64,000 bases of DNA. Source: Escherichia phage BP32. The stretch is taken from sequence record OR906198.1; one strand, 5' to 3'. Position numbers and translations under genes: made by a program. Positions 1 to 12,470 of the stretch are shown one piece after another. Position 1 is the first letter of the stretch, and the number at the start of each line of letters is the position of its first letter. Under the pieces are notes generated by a model. The model was not told the DNA's origin. It worked only from the letters and a program-made list of their open reading frames with translations, and did no database searches.

Positions 1-192
1 ATCTTCTTGTGAATTTATCGATGTCCATTTATTTAATTTCATCATGAAGTGTTCCTTTGATGCATACGTAATAGGAACACGTATAAACTTATCACCAGAT
101 TCTAACTGACGTTTGATTTGGATATTTGAAAACAAATCGCCCATCAAGGTAGCATATCGTCTAAAAGACGAATTATAAAAATAACCAAACAT
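1..192 (-). CDS. 15: gp15 tail sheath stabilizer/connector, N-terminal fragment (continues beyond window start)
   Basis: Minus-strand ATG at 192; translation MFGYFYNSSFRRYATLMGDLFSNIQIKRQLESGDKFIRVPITYA with no stop to position 1; follows 13 and 14 as in T4. Confidence 0.8.
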   Translation of the reverse strand, partial: MFGYFYNSSFRRYATLMGDLFSNIQIKRQLESGDKFIRVPITYASKEHFMMKLNKWTSINSQED

Positions 193-233
193 GATTTCTC
201 CTAATCTGGGCTTTAATTAGTTTATAATATTTA

Positions 234-1935
<1,702 letters not shown>

Positions 1936-1947
1936 TTAAAATCCTTT

Positions 1948-1963
1948 GGGGCCTTGCGGCCCC
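1948..1963 (-). other. GC-rich hairpin in wac-13 intergenic spacer
   Basis: GGGGCC-TTGC-GGCCCC perfect 6-bp stem (GNRA loop on transcribed strand); no U-run follows, so more likely a stability or processing element than a terminator. Confidence 0.35.
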
Positions 1964-1966
1964 ATG

Positions 1967-3424
1967 TTATGCTGGTGATAAAAAGGTAGAAAGTAATACC
2001 CATTCGCCGTCTTTACGAACGTAAGCTTGGCCATCTTTTGGAGCTTCAGGGATATAACCTGCTTCCTGTAAAGTCTGAACATCCCCCTGTAATGAAGATA
2101 CATTACTTTTAATACTACGCATTTCTTGATTAATAGAAGAAATGTTAGTTTCATTAGCTTTTATTGAATTAGTTAATCCGCGCTCTTCTACTGTTGAACC
2201 ATTTGGATTTGTGCCGCTTACTAGTTTATTTAGTGCAACAACTTGGCCTTTAATTCCAGTAGTGTTATTACCAATTTCAACTTGTAAGTTTTGAACATCA
2301 TTGTTCAGTCTATTAACTGAAGTTTCAACAGTTGAAACCCTATTTAAAAGAGACCCAGGAGGAGAAGGCTGACCTCCACTAGAATCAGTTCCAACGATTT
2401 GGTTTAGCCATGAAACGTTTGCTCGTAGTCCAGATGAAGTGTTTTCACCAACAATTCCATTTAAAAACTCAATTGATGTGGTATTATCTTTAATTTGACC
2501 TTTAATACTAGAAGGAATATCATCTGAGCCAATCGACGTTTCAATGACAGTCAATCGTTGTTTAATACCTCCGCTTTTATTTAGTTCATCATTTAAAGCT
2601 GAAATTTCTTGTGTATTAGTGTTAACATCTGTGATTATTGAAGTATTTCCTGGATATCCAATAGAAGTTTTGATAGATTTAATTTCGGAACTAAGATTAA
2701 TTTGAGATTGATCTAAATTATGCACACGTGAATATATGCTTTCACTGAATGAAGATGGTCTTTGTCCAAGTTCTTGTCTAAGATTTCCGACTTCAATTGT
2801 CAGTGAACCTACATCAGATTCAATAAATTTTTCTTCCAAATCACTTAGACGTATTCCTTGGGAAGTTATAGCATCTGTATTATTAATGATGCGGTGCTTC
2901 ATACCCGTGCTGCTATTTCCTACAACAGGAAGACCATTAATGTCTTGCCCAGCATATTGTCCTAATTCCCTTTTAATCCATAACAAATCATTTCTAATCG
3001 TTCTATAAACTGAATTTGCTTGCGAATTAAATGGACCAATATCAGAAAGAATATTATCAACCGTAGTATTTGTACCATTTAATATATCAGTATGTTCATT
3101 CGTGAGTGTCTTTAAATTTGATATATCATTTTTATTAACACTGATCTGTGATAGCGCTTCTATATCTCCTGATACATCTAAAATGCCTTGAATGGTTTTA
3201 ATATCTTCCTGAGATGTTTCAATGGCAGTTTTAAGAATTCCTACATTTTCGTCGAGAACCTCGACATTTTTAAACACAGAAACAGTTGGTCTATTCATTG
3301 ACCCATCGTTTCCATACTTAGTACTAGCTCCTAATATTTCTTCACCATTTTTAATCCATGAAATACGTTCCTGACCTTCGCCAGGAACGCTATCAACAAA
3401 AGGTAACTCTTTTAATTCAATCAT
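1967..3424 (-). CDS. wac: fibritin (whisker antigen control)
   Basis: 485 aa; C-terminus [30 protein letters not shown] is the fibritin foldon; long segmented coiled-coil body. Confidence 0.95.
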   Translation of the reverse strand: MIELKELPFVDSVPGEGQERISWIKNGEEILGASTKYGNDGSMNRPTVSVFKNVEVLDENVGILKTAIETSQEDIKTIQGILDVSGDIEALSQISVNKNDISNLKTLTNEHTDILNGTNTTVDNILSDIGPFNSQANSVYRTIRNDLLWIKRELGQYAGQDINGLPVVGNSSTGMKHRIINNTDAITSQGIRLSDLEEKFIESDVGSLTIEVGNLRQELGQRPSSFSESIYSRVHNLDQSQINLSSEIKSIKTSIGYPGNTSIITDVNTNTQEISALNDELNKSGGIKQRLTVIETSIGSDDIPSSIKGQIKDNTTSIEFLNGIVGENTSSGLRANVSWLNQIVGTDSSGGQPSPPGSLLNRVSTVETSVNRLNNDVQNLQVEIGNNTTGIKGQVVALNKLVSGTNPNGSTVEERGLTNSIKANETNISSINQEMRSIKSNVSSLQGDVQTLQEAGYIPEAPKDGQAYVRKDGEWVLLSTFLSPA

Positions 3425-3433
3425 TTGTAATCC

Positions 3434-4984
3434 TTAGTAATGAATTTTAATAATATAGTTTAATGATATATTCCATGGTCTAGTTTCATAACCAATTAAT
3501 CCTTCACGATTAAGTGTACCAAGGGCATCTCTCGGTCCACCCAATTCAAATCCATCATTAGTGAAGTATGAAGCATTATCCCAGTCGGAATATTTTCTAG
3601 TTCCAAGATATCCTTGATAAACGGACGCGCCAAATGGAGCTTCATGTCTTTGGTATTCTCCCCAACCACCAGCGTGTTTATGGTATGACATTTGTTGTGC
3701 CTGAACACCACCAACATGCATTCCGTCACATCCTACGCCAAGTCTATCCTTCCCATAACCATCTTGTCCACGTTGATTTAAAATATGACCGCCCGTGCCA
3801 GCTCCTCTAACAAAAAGACCTCTCATATCAGGAATCCCTGGATTATTCCAATCACCACCAAATCTTGCTCCAACCGTGTTTCTATAATCAGGATATTGAT
3901 CTCCTGACACGGTTCCGCCGTGGCACATAACCCAACCCGGAGGTGCTGAATCACCTGCAAACATCATAATAGTTCCAACTGGAACTCTTTCGGACGCATA
4001 TCTTTCAGTGGCAACAGGTTGATCGCCATTTTTCCACATTCCGCCGCGCGACCAAATTCCGTTTGCTGTAAGATGGTCTAAATTTAAAGAACCATTAATA
4101 GTTTGTCCACCACGAGTATTAATTACATCTGCGTTCCATGCTAATGCACCAGAGCTATCACCTTCAGGGGCAATACCGGCTTGCGTCGTTAATTTAACTA
4201 CTCCGCGCATAGAACCAGTAGCTCCTCGACCATTTAGTGTTTCACCTGTTACTGCAACATCTCCCAAATTACTGTTAATTTCTGATTGTGTTCCTAAACG
4301 TATAACACCCTTATATTCTTGTGTTGCAACAGAATTCATAAAGGTATACGGAGAAATTGCATATCCTTCGCGGAGAGTTCCTTGACGAGTTTGCGCAACA
4401 GTAGATAATTGAACTACACCTCTCACAGATTCTGATGCAGTATCTTCGGAAGGAGCTATTTGTGAAATTAATTTTATTGCAAGTTTTTGTGTTTTTAATG
4501 GAGTCATTGCCGTAGTATCATCAACTCCAGCTAAAGCTGCAGGTGTAGATGATATTTTAATAACCCCGTTTGATGACTCAGACGAATATCTATTTTGGAA
4601 CACATCGTCAGTGTGGTATTTCAGTTTTTGCGGCGTTATTGATGAATTATTATCTGAACCTTCTAATGTTTCTTCATTTGTTGAATAACGCGTTAAACCA
4701 TATTTAGTTTCAGTAGCATTTGGATACAATAATCTTGTTGCTAATGTAGCTGGTGTAACGATTTTGGAATTATTAGTTCCATCTAAAACCTCTTGCTCTG
4801 ACGCAATCATTGCTATTCCTTTAACTTCCATAGTTGCATCAGGAATACCATTTACGCCGATATTACTTATTTTTGATAATGCAGACTGCACTGTCGTGAC
4901 AGTGTCAGGAAAATTCGATCCTGCAGGATCGAATTTAACATATTTTGATTCATTTGATACGTGCTGATATGTATTGTTACTCAT
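3434..4984 (-). CDS. 12: gp12 short tail fiber
   Basis: 516-aa ORF between wac and 11, T4 gene order; ATGA overlap with gene 11 stop. Confidence 0.9.
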   Translation of the reverse strand: MSNNTYQHVSNESKYVKFDPAGSNFPDTVTTVQSALSKISNIGVNGIPDATMEVKGIAMIASEQEVLDGTNNSKIVTPATLATRLLYPNATETKYGLTRYSTNEETLEGSDNNSSITPQKLKYHTDDVFQNRYSSESSNGVIKISSTPAALAGVDDTTAMTPLKTQKLAIKLISQIAPSEDTASESVRGVVQLSTVAQTRQGTLREGYAISPYTFMNSVATQEYKGVIRLGTQSEINSNLGDVAVTGETLNGRGATGSMRGVVKLTTQAGIAPEGDSSGALAWNADVINTRGGQTINGSLNLDHLTANGIWSRGGMWKNGDQPVATERYASERVPVGTIMMFAGDSAPPGWVMCHGGTVSGDQYPDYRNTVGARFGGDWNNPGIPDMRGLFVRGAGTGGHILNQRGQDGYGKDRLGVGCDGMHVGGVQAQQMSYHKHAGGWGEYQRHEAPFGASVYQGYLGTRKYSDWDNASYFTNDGFELGGPRDALGTLNREGLIGYETRPWNISLNYIIKIHY

Positions 4985-5640
4985 GCTATTCTCTCAAAAT
5001 AATAAAATACCGTAGGTTGTGTGTGACTATCTAGCGTGACAGTTTGCGCACCTAATAATTGCCAAGTTCCGTATCCAGGTTTAGAAGGAGAAATTATTTC
5101 TTGTTTGAAAGTAATTCCTTTATCAGAGTATTGTTCTAAGATATGTTCTTGGTTATCTAAATACTTAACTTGTATTTTATTTCCTATGGTAGGATGGTCT
5201 TCAAATGAATCAATTGCAATAAATTTTGCAACCATTTCCTGCAGAGCTGTTCTAACGGCACTGGTAAATTCGATTGAAGTCATTCCGTTAGTAGCTTTAA
5301 CTGGAATACCAAACATGTTAACAATAACTGGGTCACCTGGTTTGGCTGAAGTATCATTGACAGTTCCTTCAAATGACCAATAGTCTGTTTGCTGCACGCC
5401 AGTAGGAGATACACCGCTTATATTAACTAATACAGCTCCAACTTGTTGCTCTGCCATATTTCTAACATCATTGATAGCAGATTCTACATTTGGGTCATAA
5501 AACCCTTTTGCTATTTGTGAAATTGTTACAGCGCCTACTGGCTGATTATTCATAACCGAAATATCATTTTTCTTAGTTCTAAAACCAAGAAAATCTGCTA
5601 AGCGGGAAATAACTCCCGCTTTATTATTAAGTAAACTCAT
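4981..5640 (-). CDS. 11: gp11 baseplate wedge / short tail fiber attachment
   Basis: ORF track gives 225 aa; start placed at internal ATG (MSLLNNK..., 219 aa) whose ATG overlaps the gene 10 stop (TAATG). Confidence 0.85.
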   Translation of the reverse strand: MSLLNNKAGVISRLADFLGFRTKKNDISVMNNQPVGAVTISQIAKGFYDPNVESAINDVRNMAEQQVGAVLVNISGVSPTGVQQTDYWSFEGTVNDTSAKPGDPVIVNMFGIPVKATNGMTSIEFTSAVRTALQEMVAKFIAIDSFEDHPTIGNKIQVKYLDNQEHILEQYSDKGITFKQEIISPSKPGYGTWQLLGAQTVTLDSHTQPTVFYYFERIA

Positions 5641-7445
5641 TATGCAATCCTTATCCAACGGTATACAGTAATAGACGGTTGAATATTACTAATATTAGCA
5701 GGAGGAGTATGTGAAGAGTTTGTTGTTGCGTAATCTTCACGGTATTTTGTATATATAGGACCAGTTTCATCTGGGTCATATTGGCAACCTCCAATAATAA
5801 CTGATCCGTTTTCGTCTTCAATTAAAACTCTTTCATCGGTTTTAGTCGCAGGAAGATTTGCGTTTTCAAGCGTTACTGATGTTGTTCCAACTGTTCCACC
5901 GGCAGTATGTGAAGGATTTCCGCTAGAATCTAAATCATTATTGTTTAAAGCAAAGTTTGGATCCGTAACATCATCATTCCATCCTACTAAAACTTGTCCT
6001 TTACCAAATAATTTCCATGAACCAAATCCCATATAAGTCACCGGATTATTTGGATTTATAGCATTTTCATAAATTGAACCAACAGGATAAATGCTGTCGA
6101 AAATAGATGATATTGAATTATACATTCTAGTATAAGAATCAACTTTTTCAACATTTGGCCAACCGATTTTATCAAAATCTGTTAAGGCTACATCACCAGT
6201 AACTTCGGTAGATGATCCTTTGCTAACATAACGGTCATCCGTTAATTCAATAATGTCATCTTTTTCTAAAAGAGTTCCTAAATCATTATTGAACCACGTT
6301 ATAACGATTATATCACCTGATTCAAATTTTCTATCAAATAAAAGACTGGTAGGTTTTCCATCTTCATATTCTATAGAATAATCTGTGTTTGATTCTTTCC
6401 ATTCACCACCAAGAGATATACAACCTTCTCGCGTATCTGAACTAGCGCCTTCACACAAAAACAGAGGATATCCAGCGGTTCCAGCCTGCTGCTGTAAAAT
6501 TCCATTAAAACGAACCTCAAGAGAATTAGGATTAATGGGTTCACCAGGAATTAATCCAAATGCAGAAAATGGAATTGATTTCATCGCCGATAAATCAGTA
6601 ACATAAATGCTTCCTTCTAAAGAAGTCTTTGATGTTAGTTTTGAATCTAGTACTTTTATTTGGCGTCTTGTATATGAACTTCTCCATTGTGATACACCAT
6701 CCATAAATGTTTCAATTTGAACGGTGTCACCAATATTACAAGGCTGTCTTAATCGAATATTAAATCCATCAAGAGGAACTAATTCGCCTTCATTTTCGCC
6801 CGGAGAGCCAAAGTCACTATTTTCGCTAAATACATCACCGTAATACAATTCGTTACCACGATGTTTTACTCTGATGTTATTGACATTATAACTAGTTCCA
6901 TTGAAAACATCTAAAAAGTCTGTTTGCCCTTGAACTTCGACTAAAAATTCTTTGCGAGCTACATTACTAATATCTGAACTAATAATTTTGTCAATTTGTT
7001 TATTTTTGACATATTCCCAACGTCCTGGAGCGCAATAAACGAGCTCTAAATCACTAAATTGAATATTAATTTCAACTGACGATGACGACCCTTTAATTGT
7101 ATCTCCGGAAGCAGCTACTAAAGTAACTGGATTGATGTTCCATGTAGCGAATACATCCCTGGCTCTAATTACCTTGTTGTAATCATTGACAGTTCCTTTA
7201 GGAAGTTGTAGAGTTACTCTTCCAGAAGAGGTATTAATAGCGTATGATTTTCCCCATTCTGCCGTTAGTGTTTGACCAGATGAAGCATCATAAGTTTTCC
7301 AGGCACCGGCTGAATATGGAACATCTCCATCACCAAGTTCATAATAAAGCTCATCAAAGTTTTCATTTATTTTTATACCACCTTTACGCAGGTAGTCACC
7401 GGTACCATCATCAACAACATTACCGATATTAATATTTTGTTTCAT
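5640..7445 (-). CDS. 10: gp10 baseplate wedge
   Basis: 601-aa ORF, T4 gp10 length and position. Confidence 0.9.
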   Translation of the reverse strand: MKQNINIGNVVDDGTGDYLRKGGIKINENFDELYYELGDGDVPYSAGAWKTYDASSGQTLTAEWGKSYAINTSSGRVTLQLPKGTVNDYNKVIRARDVFATWNINPVTLVAASGDTIKGSSSSVEINIQFSDLELVYCAPGRWEYVKNKQIDKIISSDISNVARKEFLVEVQGQTDFLDVFNGTSYNVNNIRVKHRGNELYYGDVFSENSDFGSPGENEGELVPLDGFNIRLRQPCNIGDTVQIETFMDGVSQWRSSYTRRQIKVLDSKLTSKTSLEGSIYVTDLSAMKSIPFSAFGLIPGEPINPNSLEVRFNGILQQQAGTAGYPLFLCEGASSDTREGCISLGGEWKESNTDYSIEYEDGKPTSLLFDRKFESGDIIVITWFNNDLGTLLEKDDIIELTDDRYVSKGSSTEVTGDVALTDFDKIGWPNVEKVDSYTRMYNSISSIFDSIYPVGSIYENAINPNNPVTYMGFGSWKLFGKGQVLVGWNDDVTDPNFALNNNDLDSSGNPSHTAGGTVGTTSVTLENANLPATKTDERVLIEDENGSVIIGGCQYDPDETGPIYTKYREDYATTNSSHTPPANISNIQPSITVYRWIRIA

Positions 7446-8311
7446 TATTGAGCCACCCCGATTTTCTGCGTAGCGATAACTTTAACTGCTGCTCTCATAC
7501 CGACAGTTGAAGAACTTATAGTCGCCGTTACATAATTTTCTTTAATACTAAATGCAATATTAGCGATTTCGTCTTCTTCGGTTTCATTCCCAACCCGCAT
7601 GACAGCATATTCAGAAGAAATGACCGTTGAATTAACAGTATCTACAAGAATATTTATTTCTGCCGTTTTAATTTTTCTTCCATCTACCGATTGACAAGTA
7701 ACTAGCAATTTAGCCATGTTATATTCAGTACGATGAAATAATGGAATGTCAACTGACCCAGATGTAGAAATATTCCATGTACCTTCGACCGGTGATTCCT
7801 TTTGGCCAAACATACTTTCAATAGAATAATTCCAAACTGACGTAGAATTATCAGATGAAATACAACGTAAAGTAACTTTACTATATGGGCTAGTTATTAC
7901 CAAATTACCTGAAACACCTTTAATTGAATCAATGGCTTGAATTGTTAAAGGATTAGTAACTGATATCGATCCGTTAGAATTAATGAATTCAACACAGTCA
8001 CCGAGTTCTCCTCTTTCAATGATAACTTTAACACCAACAGTAGAGGTATCAATATCATGCCTAGTACCAACTTTCACCGGAGTTGCGTACTCTGTGATAG
8101 AATGCTTTTGATAATATCCAGTAGCATGGATAATTTGGCCGTCAGCACCAGTACCATTTGCTACTGCCATTTTACGCTGATCGCCAAACGCGTTATAAAT
8201 TGCATTAAAATCACTATTAATTTTATTACCACCGTCGAATAAGATATCACCAGTAGAAGCGTTACCAATTTCGCCGGTATCAATCAATTTCTTTGGTTCT
8301 TGAATGAACAT
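7445..8311 (-). CDS. 9: gp9 baseplate wedge (long tail fiber socket)
   Basis: 288-aa ORF, T4 gp9 length and position. Confidence 0.9.
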   Translation of the reverse strand: MFIQEPKKLIDTGEIGNASTGDILFDGGNKINSDFNAIYNAFGDQRKMAVANGTGADGQIIHATGYYQKHSITEYATPVKVGTRHDIDTSTVGVKVIIERGELGDCVEFINSNGSISVTNPLTIQAIDSIKGVSGNLVITSPYSKVTLRCISSDNSTSVWNYSIESMFGQKESPVEGTWNISTSGSVDIPLFHRTEYNMAKLLVTCQSVDGRKIKTAEINILVDTVNSTVISSEYAVMRVGNETEEDEIANIAFSIKENYVTATISSSTVGMRAAVKVIATQKIGVAQ

Positions 8312-8335
8312 AGCGGTTTCCTTATGAGTTTATAG

Positions 8336-8343
8336 TATTTATA
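8336..8343 (-). promoter_or_regulatory. late promoter (TATAAATA) for gene 9
   Basis: plus-strand tatttata = TATAAATA on minus strand, about 25 nt upstream of gene 9 ATG. Confidence 0.6.
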
Positions 8344-8351
8344 AAGAAAAA

Positions 8352-8369
8352 GGGAGCCCATGGGCTCCC
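8352..8369 (-). terminator. intrinsic terminator after gene 8
   Basis: perfect palindrome GGGAGCCCA/TGGGCTCCC followed on the minus strand by a U-rich run (UUUUUCUUUAU). Confidence 0.6.
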
Positions 8370-8374
8370 TTAAT

Positions 8375-9379
8375 TTAAAATGTAAACAGAATATTGATTT
8401 CTTCTGTTTGATCCATTGCCATAATAATAGGTGGCCTATTTTCCATATAAATCATTTCGCCCGAATGCCTCATTAAATCTTCCGGATCATAGTAATCCTT
8501 TTCAGCTTTAACGTTTGGGTCATTTGGATGAACTTTAGCTTCAAGAGGATTCGTGATTATCGATATTTGTCTAAATCCTTTATTTCCTGGCAATGCAGCT
8601 TCAGGAAAATAAACTGAATCTAAGTATGCTTTAAAACGAATAGTATTTGCCTTAACCCGGTAAATTAATCCAAAATCATCTTGCTGCCAAGTGAGGTTAT
8701 CTTCATACCCCCATCTAGTCGGATCTTCTTTTAATTCCTCAGGCCAAGGAACCACGATATATTCATTCGTGCACCTGTTTATAGATACATCAGGCGGAAT
8801 CTCAAAAAGATATTCCCATACATACCCGTCTCCAGGTTCAATTGTTCCTTCCGCGTCTCCTCGACCTTCAGGAGGAGTCATTGACCTAACAGAAGGAGTC
8901 CATTTTCCACCTAGCTTAAGGCATTCATCCTTATTAGTTAAAGACTCAATTGAGCACATTCCGGTATCAGGAACATCTAAACAACGATATACTAACCAGC
9001 CTGCGCCTGATTCGGTAGCGTTGTAAGGAGCTGAGTTACACACTACAATATCGTTAATTCTAAATGTGTATGGATCCGGATATCTAGTATCTCCCCAATC
9101 TCGACGAGGAATAACTGCATCAAGCATAGATGGAAGAACCTTCACGGTTCCCATCATATGAGTCCACATGTCAGTTACACCTAACACAGAATCAGTGGGA
9201 TAAGGTGGGGCAAATCCCACCTCATTTTCGTTTGATGACCACGGTTCTGATCTTCCAAATGTAATAAAGATAGTGTTTTTATCCGGACCACTTCCAATTG
9301 AATTATAAAAATTCAACATTTTTTCTGTTCTAAATTTTGAAGTAACTATCGCACGATAGATAACACTTGAATCATTCAT
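8375..9379 (-). CDS. 8: gp8 baseplate wedge
   Basis: 334-aa ORF, T4 gp8 length and position. Confidence 0.9.
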   Translation of the reverse strand: MNDSSVIYRAIVTSKFRTEKMLNFYNSIGSGPDKNTIFITFGRSEPWSSNENEVGFAPPYPTDSVLGVTDMWTHMMGTVKVLPSMLDAVIPRRDWGDTRYPDPYTFRINDIVVCNSAPYNATESGAGWLVYRCLDVPDTGMCSIESLTNKDECLKLGGKWTPSVRSMTPPEGRGDAEGTIEPGDGYVWEYLFEIPPDVSINRCTNEYIVVPWPEELKEDPTRWGYEDNLTWQQDDFGLIYRVKANTIRFKAYLDSVYFPEAALPGNKGFRQISIITNPLEAKVHPNDPNVKAEKDYYDPEDLMRHSGEMIYMENRPPIIMAMDQTEEINILFTF

Positions 9380-12300
9380 CTATTTTAACCTGTGTTGGAT
9401 TTTCAGGGTCTCTTGGATTTCCTATATTATCTTTTAGACGTTTATTAACTAAATCCCTAAATTGCGCAAATGTTGTTCCAGATGCATCAAATAGAGGACT
9501 CATTAATTTACGTCGTTCAGATGGCAATTGACCTTGAAATATTGAATTATTATTTTCAGCATTATAGTCATCAGGAAGAGGATATTCTACACCAGCCATT
9601 GGGCCAGGTTCATAAATTGCTTCGCCTGTTACTGAGTCATGCTCAATTTCACCGGTTGGAGTTAATTTAGCTACTCTATCAGCATATTCAGTAGGCAATC
9701 CAGAATCCCATTTATAGTTTTTGTATTTATTAATTATAGTCTCTGTATGTTTAAGAGTTAAACCGACATTAATAAACATTGTTAAAAGGGTAATTGCTAT
9801 AAATCCAAATCCTACTGGATGAACAAAACGAATAACGTCAGATTTCCAGCGGGAAGAAGGTAAATTGGATTTAATTTTCATTACATAATATGATCTACTT
9901 CTATTAATATAGTCTATATTATTTTGAAGCAAATCCTTTCCTTTAACCCCGCGAATAATTTCGCCTTCGAAACTAGGGAGTCTTTCTGCTTTAACTTCTT
10001 GACCGGCAATTAATCTTCCCAAAAGATTATGAATAGTTACGGTCCATTGCAATTTACCATTAGAATAGCTTCTTTCTATATAAGTAACATTACATCTTCC
10101 TGTAGCTGTATAAATCGTTTGTCCTACTAAGTCTTCGGTTAAAGAATCAGATTGAACGATTATATCATATTCAGTACCAGCTCCAGATTCAATTTCAATT
10201 TCAACTTCTTCATTATAAAGAACTTTAAAAAGAAATTTGTATGATGCTTCAATTCCTTTAGTAGAATAAAAATCATAGCTACGTGATTCAAAAAATCTTG
10301 CAACAGCATCACGTTTATCAGCATTTAAATAAATGTTTCTTTTATATATCTCTGACCACAAATATTCCCACGCGTGCTCTTCTCGCGGATATTGGTTACG
10401 AATTAAATTTCGTAAATTATTATACTGAGTTCCATATCCATCAGAAAGATACTGAATATATGCTTCGCAGAATGCCTCAAAATTAGAATCCTGTAGCAAA
10501 TAAGAATCAGGCATCATTGTGCCAATCAATGGTCTTAAATCAGGATCAGCTAATCCATGCTCTTCTTCCGGGGACCAAGGAGTTTCACGCTCTTGGTTTT
10601 GTAAAAATGCTTTTAAAAATATTCCAGTTGGCTTCCAAATTATTTCAACCGTGTCTCTCACTCGATAGTTAAAATCATAGTAAGAAATTATTTCACCAGA
10701 AGACTTATAAAAAAGCATCCCAGACGCGTATTTTTTAAATCCCGTGAATTTAACATTTGGCATTACTATCGTGCAATCACCATCATCCCAATATTCATGA
10801 ACTAATCTATCTGGCGATGTTTCCGGAATATTTTCTATAACTTTGGTGTATTTTAAATCAGCATAAACTACTACAGCTCTATCAGAGTTGTTTATCCAAC
10901 AGCGTGTGTTAGATTTTTTAGACCAGTTAAAGAATGGTTCTGCATAGTATTTCATCGGCTGAGGCGTAAAAGTTTCCCAATCAGATTTTTCATCTGCTAT
11001 AAATGCCATCATATGATAATGCTTATCAGCTAGCCATTCACGAGGAAATTCATATTTAACAGCACCGATTAACTGATATTTCGCTGCAGTTTCAGGGTCA
11101 TTAACAATGTTATCACTTAAAAATTTAAAATTACTCGAAGACAGAGAAACTAATTTACCGTCAGTTGACATATTCGCATATCCAGGTTGAATACGTCTTC
11201 TTTCTTCTTCAGTGTTGCCAAAAACTCTTTTCCATGTTTTCGTGCCATGATTTAAAACATATATTCCTTTATCAGCAGAATCAATTATTTTTGATGTTCT
11301 AGGATTAGCATTTAATGTTTCAACTTCTCCGATAATAAGAGCAAAAACTTTATCACCAATAGAATCCATTTTATAACATACTGCTTTAGGATTTCCGGTT
11401 ATAGTCATCGTATCAGGTTCAAATAGCCTTTCCGAATATGTTGGAGATAATGGGTCAGAATCTATAGGTGCATTACTCGTTTTTATGTATCTAACTTTGT
11501 CTCTGGCGACAACGTAAATGTAATCATCAGTGCAAGTAATAGCTTCTGCAATGCGGTATACATTAGCTGGCAAAGTCGCGTAAGTGGCAAAAATTTCTAC
11601 ATCAAATCCTAGATGTAATTGGTCGCCAAGTTTAGCAAATGTTATATCCTGCGAACTAAATCTGACATCATCAGCTGACCATCTAACATCAGTAGATTTG
11701 CGGCCGTAGAAAATCTTGTCGTATCCTAGAACGTATGTTGTGTTTGCAGATTGGTAATATACAGTCTTAGATAAAGGATATCCTACGCGGTCATTGAAGA
11801 GCTTTACAGCTTTCCAGGTTTGTCCTTTATCATTAGATACTTTAACTACAGGTTGATAACGCTCAAAAAGATATAGAATCCCTTCTGATTCCATCAAATA
11901 AACTCGGTTAATATCCTTACATACTTGCTGAATAGAACCTTGTATTTCATGATACTCATTTTCACCAATAATAAAATTACTTATTGATGAAACATCAACA
12001 TATGATGGGCTGAATTGAAACGATTCATTCATCAATGCAGCCATTATAGTGTCATTATTAAAATTAACATAGTCAGAATTATTAAGAGTAAATTTTTCTT
12101 GAATGAATTTATTAGCTAATTGCATTTCAATCATGTTTTGAAATGTATAAGCGTTTGTAGCAAAAGTTTCAAACTCTTCAGTATAAATCCAATCAGACTG
12201 CTCAAAATCCTGCGCAGCTGTAGCTACTCTAATAATGTACGATGTCAATGGATTAGCATTATCAAAAAAGAAGCTGTTATTTGCAGTATATCCTAAGTTA

Positions 12301-12470
12301 ATCCATCTGTATTGATTACTCGGGAGATTTTCCCCCGAGTTTGTTTTTGTCTCAGCGATTTCTACAAAATAGTAGAAATTAGCACCAACGTCATCCCAGC
12401 GTACTTGCACCTGATTTGCGGATAACTTGGAAATTCTGAGACTAGTGACTGAAGGTGCTTTTACTGTCAT
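9372..12470 (-). CDS. 7: gp7 baseplate wedge initiator
   Basis: 1032-aa ORF, T4 gp7 length and position. Confidence 0.9.
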   Translation of the reverse strand: MTVKAPSVTSLRISKLSANQVQVRWDDVGANFYYFVEIAETKTNSGENLPSNQYRWINLGYTANNSFFFDNANPLTSYIIRVATAAQDFEQSDWIYTEEFETFATNAYTFQNMIEMQLANKFIQEKFTLNNSDYVNFNNDTIMAALMNESFQFSPSYVDVSSISNFIIGENEYHEIQGSIQQVCKDINRVYLMESEGILYLFERYQPVVKVSNDKGQTWKAVKLFNDRVGYPLSKTVYYQSANTTYVLGYDKIFYGRKSTDVRWSADDVRFSSQDITFAKLGDQLHLGFDVEIFATYATLPANVYRIAEAITCTDDYIYVVARDKVRYIKTSNAPIDSDPLSPTYSERLFEPDTMTITGNPKAVCYKMDSIGDKVFALIIGEVETLNANPRTSKIIDSADKGIYVLNHGTKTWKRVFGNTEEERRRIQPGYANMSTDGKLVSLSSSNFKFLSDNIVNDPETAAKYQLIGAVKYEFPREWLADKHYHMMAFIADEKSDWETFTPQPMKYYAEPFFNWSKKSNTRCWINNSDRAVVVYADLKYTKVIENIPETSPDRLVHEYWDDGDCTIVMPNVKFTGFKKYASGMLFYKSSGEIISYYDFNYRVRDTVEIIWKPTGIFLKAFLQNQERETPWSPEEEHGLADPDLRPLIGTMMPDSYLLQDSNFEAFCEAYIQYLSDGYGTQYNNLRNLIRNQYPREEHAWEYLWSEIYKRNIYLNADKRDAVARFFESRSYDFYSTKGIEASYKFLFKVLYNEEVEIEIESGAGTEYDIIVQSDSLTEDLVGQTIYTATGRCNVTYIERSYSNGKLQWTVTIHNLLGRLIAGQEVKAERLPSFEGEIIRGVKGKDLLQNNIDYINRSRSYYVMKIKSNLPSSRWKSDVIRFVHPVGFGFIAITLLTMFINVGLTLKHTETIINKYKNYKWDSGLPTEYADRVAKLTPTGEIEHDSVTGEAIYEPGPMAGVEYPLPDDYNAENNNSIFQGQLPSERRKLMSPLFDASGTTFAQFRDLVNKRLKDNIGNPRDPENPTQVKIDE

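Noticed and set aside
1936-2154. 72-aa minus-strand ORF overlapping the 3' end of wac
   Set aside because: Would overlap the fibritin foldon coding region in another frame and span the intergenic hairpin; no support
2736-3008. Plus-strand ORFs of 60-115 aa inside the minus-strand structural module (for example 2736-3008, 5036-5383, 8691-9026, 13461-13661)
   Set aside because: Each lies antisense within a long conserved structural gene; no promoters or RBSs; the late module is transcribed on the minus strand
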